From Andalucia godoyi And28 (lineage: Eukaryota > Protista > Jakobida), in the NCBI GenBank assembly GCA_009859145.1, contig VRVR01000021.1, forward strand, positions 9,507-73,506: a stretch of DNA of 64,000 nucleotides, written 5' to 3'. The notes under the pieces are model-generated. The model was not told the origin of the DNA. It did not search any database and saw nothing but the letters and a program-made list of their open reading frames with translations. Shown here in pieces: positions 59,376-64,000 of this stretch (positions are counted from its first letter, which is position 1; each line of letters starts with the position of its first letter). Made by a program: the position numbers and the translations under genes.

Positions 59376-61265
59376 ATGCGCTGGATCCCACGGCCATCAG
59401 CTTTCTGTCCTACGCTTCACAAGTCTCCATACACTTCTTTTTTTGCTCTTTGCTGTCGACCGATTTACAGCTGTTCGTGTTCGTGTTTATCTGGAATCCC
59501 GCGATTGAGAGTTGATTGGGAGCGCAGAATGAGCACAGAGGTACCTCGTGATTCTCTGGACTCGGTGTCAGAAGGTCTTGCGACTGCGTACTTCCCAAAG
59601 GGTGAAGTGTTTTATAATCCCGTTCAGTGCTTCAATCGAGACTTGTCAATTCTGGTGCTTCGAGCGTTCGACGAGACTCGCAAGGACGAAGGGAAGGCAC
59701 TTGTTGTGAAGAAGAAACACAACTGGGAGTCGCAGAATCCTTATTCAGCGGAGAAGGAAGCGGAATACAAGGAAAAAAGAGCGGAAAAGGAGGCGGTTTG
59801 GACCCAGTTTGAGAATCCTGCGCCTTTGAAAGTCCTGGAAGGGTTGTCCGCAAGCGGACTGAGAGCAATCCGCTATGCAAAGGAAGTTCCGCATATTGAC
59901 TATGTTACAGCCAATGATCTGGACAAGCATGCTGCAGAGGCGATCAGCAGAAATGTCAAGTGGAACGATGCGGAACCGCTAGTTCGTGTTTCGTGCTCGG
60001 ACGTCAACTCGCATTTGCTGTCAAACCAAAATGTCTATGATGTGATTGATCTCGATCCATACGGGTCTCCAGCCCCGTTTCTTGCTTCATCAGTGTCGTG
60101 CGTTGCGGACGGCGGACTGCTGTGCATTACGGCCACGGATATGGCTATATTGGCTGGAAATTACCCCGAGGTTTCGCACGCCAAGTACGGGTCGATTCCC
60201 GTACACGGCTCCAATGCGAGAATCGAAATGGGCCTTCGTGTGCTTTTGCACTCCATTTCGCAGGTCGCAGCACAATATGGGCGGTCGATTGAGCCATTGA
60301 TGACGTTGTCGTTGGATTTCTATGCTCGGTGCTTTGTCCGTGTGCGCACATCGCTTGCACAGGTCAAGGAGAATATTCTCAGAAACGCCTATGTGCTACA
60401 TTCTACAAAACGAGATCATTTTGAGTTGCTCCCCACGGGACGGACGGTGAACGATGCCCGGACGTACACGCCCCCCACGATTCCCTTGCAAAAGGTTGTC
60501 CAGAATTTTGAGACAGAATGGGAGCATGTGTGGATGGGAGGGCCCATCTGGACCGGCACCATGCACTCGCAAGATTTCCTCACGAAACTCGAACGACTTG
60601 TTCGGGACCCTGTTGCAACCAAGCTGTACTCGGAGCATAACAAGCAGCGCATGAGAGGGCTGCTAATGACCTTGCAAGAAGAAGTTACGCTCGCTGACCA
60701 TCCTTTGTACTTTCAAATTCCTGCGCTGTGTTCGGTAGTGCGTGCCAGCTGTCCGTCGTATCAGAGGTTCTTGTCTGCACTTATTAGGCTTGGCTACAGA
60801 GTAAGCGGTACGCATTGTGATCCTGCGGGATTCAAAACGGATTGTCCTACGCCCATTCTGTGGGACGTGGTTCGGTGCTTCGCGGAAGACTCGGGTCTGC
60901 AAACCACAGCGTTACCGAAAACGGAAAATGAAGCAGCGGCGGCGGCAGCTTCACAAGAAGAAAGCAAGGATTCCAAGAAGGAGCGACGATCAAAACCGAA
61001 AATCCTTTTCACCAAGCCTATTGCAGCCACGATCCGAGAGACGATCAGGTTTTCCCAGGATCCAAACGTCGTGATGGATGATTTTGCAAAAGGTCTCGAC
61101 CTGTCCTCTCTGGGCCGTTGGGCTCCGGATTACGAGGGCGAAGGACGGTTTCTACCTAATCCAGAGGAGAACTGGGGACCCAAGGCTCGTGCAAAGAAGC
61201 GTGCCCATACATCGTCGCCAAGTACGGCGGAAGTAGAAGAGCCATCAAAACGACCAAAGAACTAG
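59376..61265 (+). CDS. TRM1: tRNA (guanine26-N2)-dimethyltransferase; in-frame ATGs at 59376 and 59529
   Basis: VFYNPVQCFNRDLS, LEGLSASGLRAIRYAKE, DLDPYGSP, GLLCITATD, GGPIWTG, KTDCP, NPEENWGPK. Confidence 0.95.
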   Translation: MRWIPRPSAFCPTLHKSPYTSFFALCCRPIYSCSCSCLSGIPRLRVDWERRMSTEVPRDSLDSVSEGLATAYFPKGEVFYNPVQCFNRDLSILVLRAFDETRKDEGKALVVKKKHNWESQNPYSAEKEAEYKEKRAEKEAVWTQFENPAPLKVLEGLSASGLRAIRYAKEVPHIDYVTANDLDKHAAEAISRNVKWNDAEPLVRVSCSDVNSHLLSNQNVYDVIDLDPYGSPAPFLASSVSCVADGGLLCITATDMAILAGNYPEVSHAKYGSIPVHGSNARIEMGLRVLLHSISQVAAQYGRSIEPLMTLSLDFYARCFVRVRTSLAQVKENILRNAYVLHSTKRDHFELLPTGRTVNDARTYTPPTIPLQKVVQNFETEWEHVWMGGPIWTGTMHSQDFLTKLERLVRDPVATKLYSEHNKQRMRGLLMTLQEEVTLADHPLYFQIPALCSVVRASCPSYQRFLSALIRLGYRVSGTHCDPAGFKTDCPTPILWDVVRCFAEDSGLQTTALPKTENEAAAAAASQEESKDSKKERRSKPKILFTKPIAATIRETIRFSQDPNVVMDDFAKGLDLSSLGRWAPDYEGEGRFLPNPEENWGPKARAKKRAHTSSPSTAEVEEPSKRPKN

Positions 61266-61425
61266 AGGGGCCCGTCTCAAGAATGGAAGTGCCAACAGAC
61301 AAGCCACGCATTTATCATGTAAAGCAACCATAAAAATGGTAGGATAGGATATGCACAGGATATGGTTGCCAAACGCGTTGAGAAGAAGAAGAAAAATGTG
61401 ACCTTTGGAGATTACAAATGAGACG

Positions 61426-61727
61426 TCAAACACGGTACAATGTCGGATAGGAAGGTCGTCGACTGACCAATGCCGCCCACGAATTGCCAGGCAGCTGATC
61501 CCCAAGTGAAATGGAATGTGATCGATGGTTCGACAAACTCCAAGGCTGCTTTTCGGCAAGCGCGGGAACAACATCGGGGAGCAGCGACTCAGGACGATGG
61601 CTGAGCACTTCGGACCAGCGCAGATCAACATCGTCGAAATTCGAGATCTGGGACTGTTGCACCAGCCAGTCCTGCAGAAACATTTGTCTCCAATTTCGGT
61701 TTCGCGCTCCTCTTTCTCCTTCTCCTT

Positions 61728-61783
<56 letters not shown>

Positions 61784-63087
61784 GGATCGCATGGCCTCCC
61801 TAGGCAGCAAGAAGAAACGTCCTTCCGTTGTGCGAAACGTGCGGACGGCAAACTGGGACGCATATGACCGAGGAGTCGCTGTGCCGTCAGACAGCTGGTC
61901 GTCTCTCGGCTTCGCAGCTGCCTTGCGACATGGCGATTCTTGTCCACAGTGAACGCGCCAGCATAGCGTTTGTAAAGTCGGTTCTTGACGTGATAGGCGC
62001 CAAAGACAGTGTGCATGGCCAAAATGTCGGATTGCTCACTGGGGCTCAAGTCCGACCACGCATCGCATTCCCAGTAATTGTCGCACACTGCATCCCAGTC
62101 AATTTGATCACCTGCGTCTGATTCAGTCCCATGAGCATGGCCACTTGCGGCGAAGGACACATGTTTCTTTCTGCGCCTGGTCTCGCTCATAATGAGTCCC
62201 TTAGGCCGAGGAACAAGCCTATGGAGATGTCTGTTGTAGCATTTGCTTTTGGTAATGTTTGGCATTTCCATCGCCAGCGGCTGTGTGCTGTTGATCAGTG
62301 AGGAGTCTGTATCCATTTGATCAGTGGAATACACGGGAAACATGGAGTTGAGTGACGGGAGCTCGACATCTGATCCACTCGGGAGCAAACTGTCCGTTCG
62401 AATCTGCAACGACCCGGAAACATGATTGTGGCCTGCAATTTCACACAGCGTTCTCGAAGCATTGACATTTGCGTTCTCACCAACCGCACGAGTGCTTATT
62501 CCTATACAGGTTTGGGATCGAGCTCCGTAAAACGAACGCTCGCTCCTCGCGATGCCTTCAAGGAGGAACGGGCTTGCAGATGCCGCGGTTCCACCTCTCG
62601 CGGTCCGCGAAAGACTGGAGGAGGCGGTTGAGTTGCTCTGGACATTGCTGCCGCTGTCTGATAACATAGTACTGGATATTCCTTTGGGAGCCGACAATGG
62701 CTGGCTCCGGCGAGCCGCCTCTGTCAACGTCGCCATCGCCAAGGAGCCAAATTTGTGTCGACAAGCGCAAAGGCAGTCGGGAGAAGTGTTTGGCCTTCGG
62801 AGAGGAGGTGTCGTTGTCATTGCCGGGGATCGCTTATCTCGCATGCTCACCGATCGCCGAGACACCGTGCCGCTGATGACAGGGATCGACGAAAACATAT
62901 CGCTCGACGAAAACCCATTCGAATTGCTGTCGACTCGGGAAGATCTGCGATTGCTTGGATTTGAATTGGAATTAGAGTTCTCAAACCCTGTTGCTTGATC
63001 GCGAGACCACGCATGTTCTCTGGTTCCTCGCGGCTTTTGCCTCTTCTCTTTAGACTTGGAAAGTTCTCGAGAATGAAGGACCCCCAT
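61426..63087 (-). CDS. Hypothetical low-complexity protein with (AG)n-(GE)n dipeptide tract
   Basis: 553-aa ATG-initiated ORF; (GCAGGA)n at about 61735-61782. Confidence 0.65.
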
Positions 63088-63754
63088 TCAATTTGCATAT
63101 TGGTTGGTGGACTATTCGCTGCTTTTTTGATGTGTACCGTACTTACCTCAGGTATTTTGTATCCACAAAAGAATGCACAACTTTTTCTTCCAATAACACG
63201 GACAAATGCAAAATAATAAAATAAATAACAACCAAGTACAAATTTGCGCAAATTTGCAAAACGGGCTCACAGTTCATTAACCTCTTACGCACACCCAGAG
63301 TTTCCGAAGACACTTCTCCTGCTCATCAGAAGGGGGGGAAACAGGAGCGTAGGTTTTGTTCGGGAATTGAACAGAATCAGTGAACGTGATGTTGAAACGA
63401 ATGGCAGGGTCACAAGAAGATCAACCTCACAAGGGTTGCTACCGCGGATCTGGTCCGATGGAAGTTTGATCTGCTTCGACCCGTCACGGAAGCACTGTCT
63501 TAAAACAAAGAAGCCGGGGGGCGAGCGCTCTCAGAAATGCTACCGGTAATATGCAAGTGTGTTGAGAAAGCTTGTATTTGTTTGTTTTCCTTCTCAGTTT
63601 CAAATTATTTAATGGTTTGTTCTTTCTGTACAATGTTCAGATAAAGGTTAGTGGGGCGTGGGATTGGAAAGGGCATAAGTATGAACGGGCCCGGGGAATC
63701 CAGCCCCTGGATACCACAACTCCGCATCTTTCTTCTTTCCTTTTTTTTTTTTTT

Positions 63755-64000
63755 TCAGTCAGAAGAGACTAAGTATGGAGGATCGACATCAACATTGACA
63801 TCGAGAGAAGCCTTGAGCAAAGCCCGCTGCATTGGAGACTTCAGCGCGAGCGACGATGGAGACTGGACAAGAGCAAGCGAATGCTTTCGGATAGACGAAT
63901 TCAGGAAATTGTACGGATCCGCAGACGCCAGAGAGTCGTAGAGTGACACTCGAGGCGACGCAAACAGAACGTCTGGGCTCGTCAAGAACGTCGACATTCG
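63755..64000 (-). CDS. 3' end of a gene continuing beyond the window
   Basis: Open minus-strand frame from the window edge to TGA at 63755, followed by an A-rich tract. Confidence 0.5.
   Translation of the reverse strand, partial: RMSTFLTSPDVLFASPRVSLYDSLASADPYNFLNSSIRKHSLALVQSPSSLALKSPMQRALLKASLDVNVDVDPPYLVSSD

Noticed and set aside
1-64000. The many 60-280 aa ORFs overlapping the called genes on other frames or strands
   Set aside because: Shadow ORFs of real genes with no recognisable motifs; no rRNA or tRNA was recognised either

Overview
Gene-dense, intron-poor eukaryotic nuclear DNA. It holds about 35 protein-coding genes of roughly 50% GC separated by short AT-rich or microsatellite-rich spacers, and I could support three spliceosomal introns (104-166 nt) plus one tentative intron. 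Ciliary genes (CFAP99-like, ODF3/SHIPPO-repeat, CCDC87-like, vasohibin) and secreted or lysosomal hydrolases point to a free-living phagotrophic flagellate. The compactness fits a discoban such as a jakobid, which is an inference only. I found no rRNA, tRNA, CRISPR array or autonomous transposon. The main candidate for a new system is a single-ORF fusion of a complete Amt ammonium transporter to a class III nucleotide-cyclase domain with a non-canonical active site (9313-11811), a possible eukaryotic ammonium transceptor. Other highlights are a Chlamydiae-type queuine tRNA-guanine transglycosylase next to it and three unrelated 210-360 bp dispersed intergenic repeat families, each present twice. 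One family has wobble-compatible RNA stems and one has 14-bp terminal inverted repeats. In each family both copies keep the same orientation relative to an adjacent gene. Homology calls come from motif recognition by eye, with no database search.
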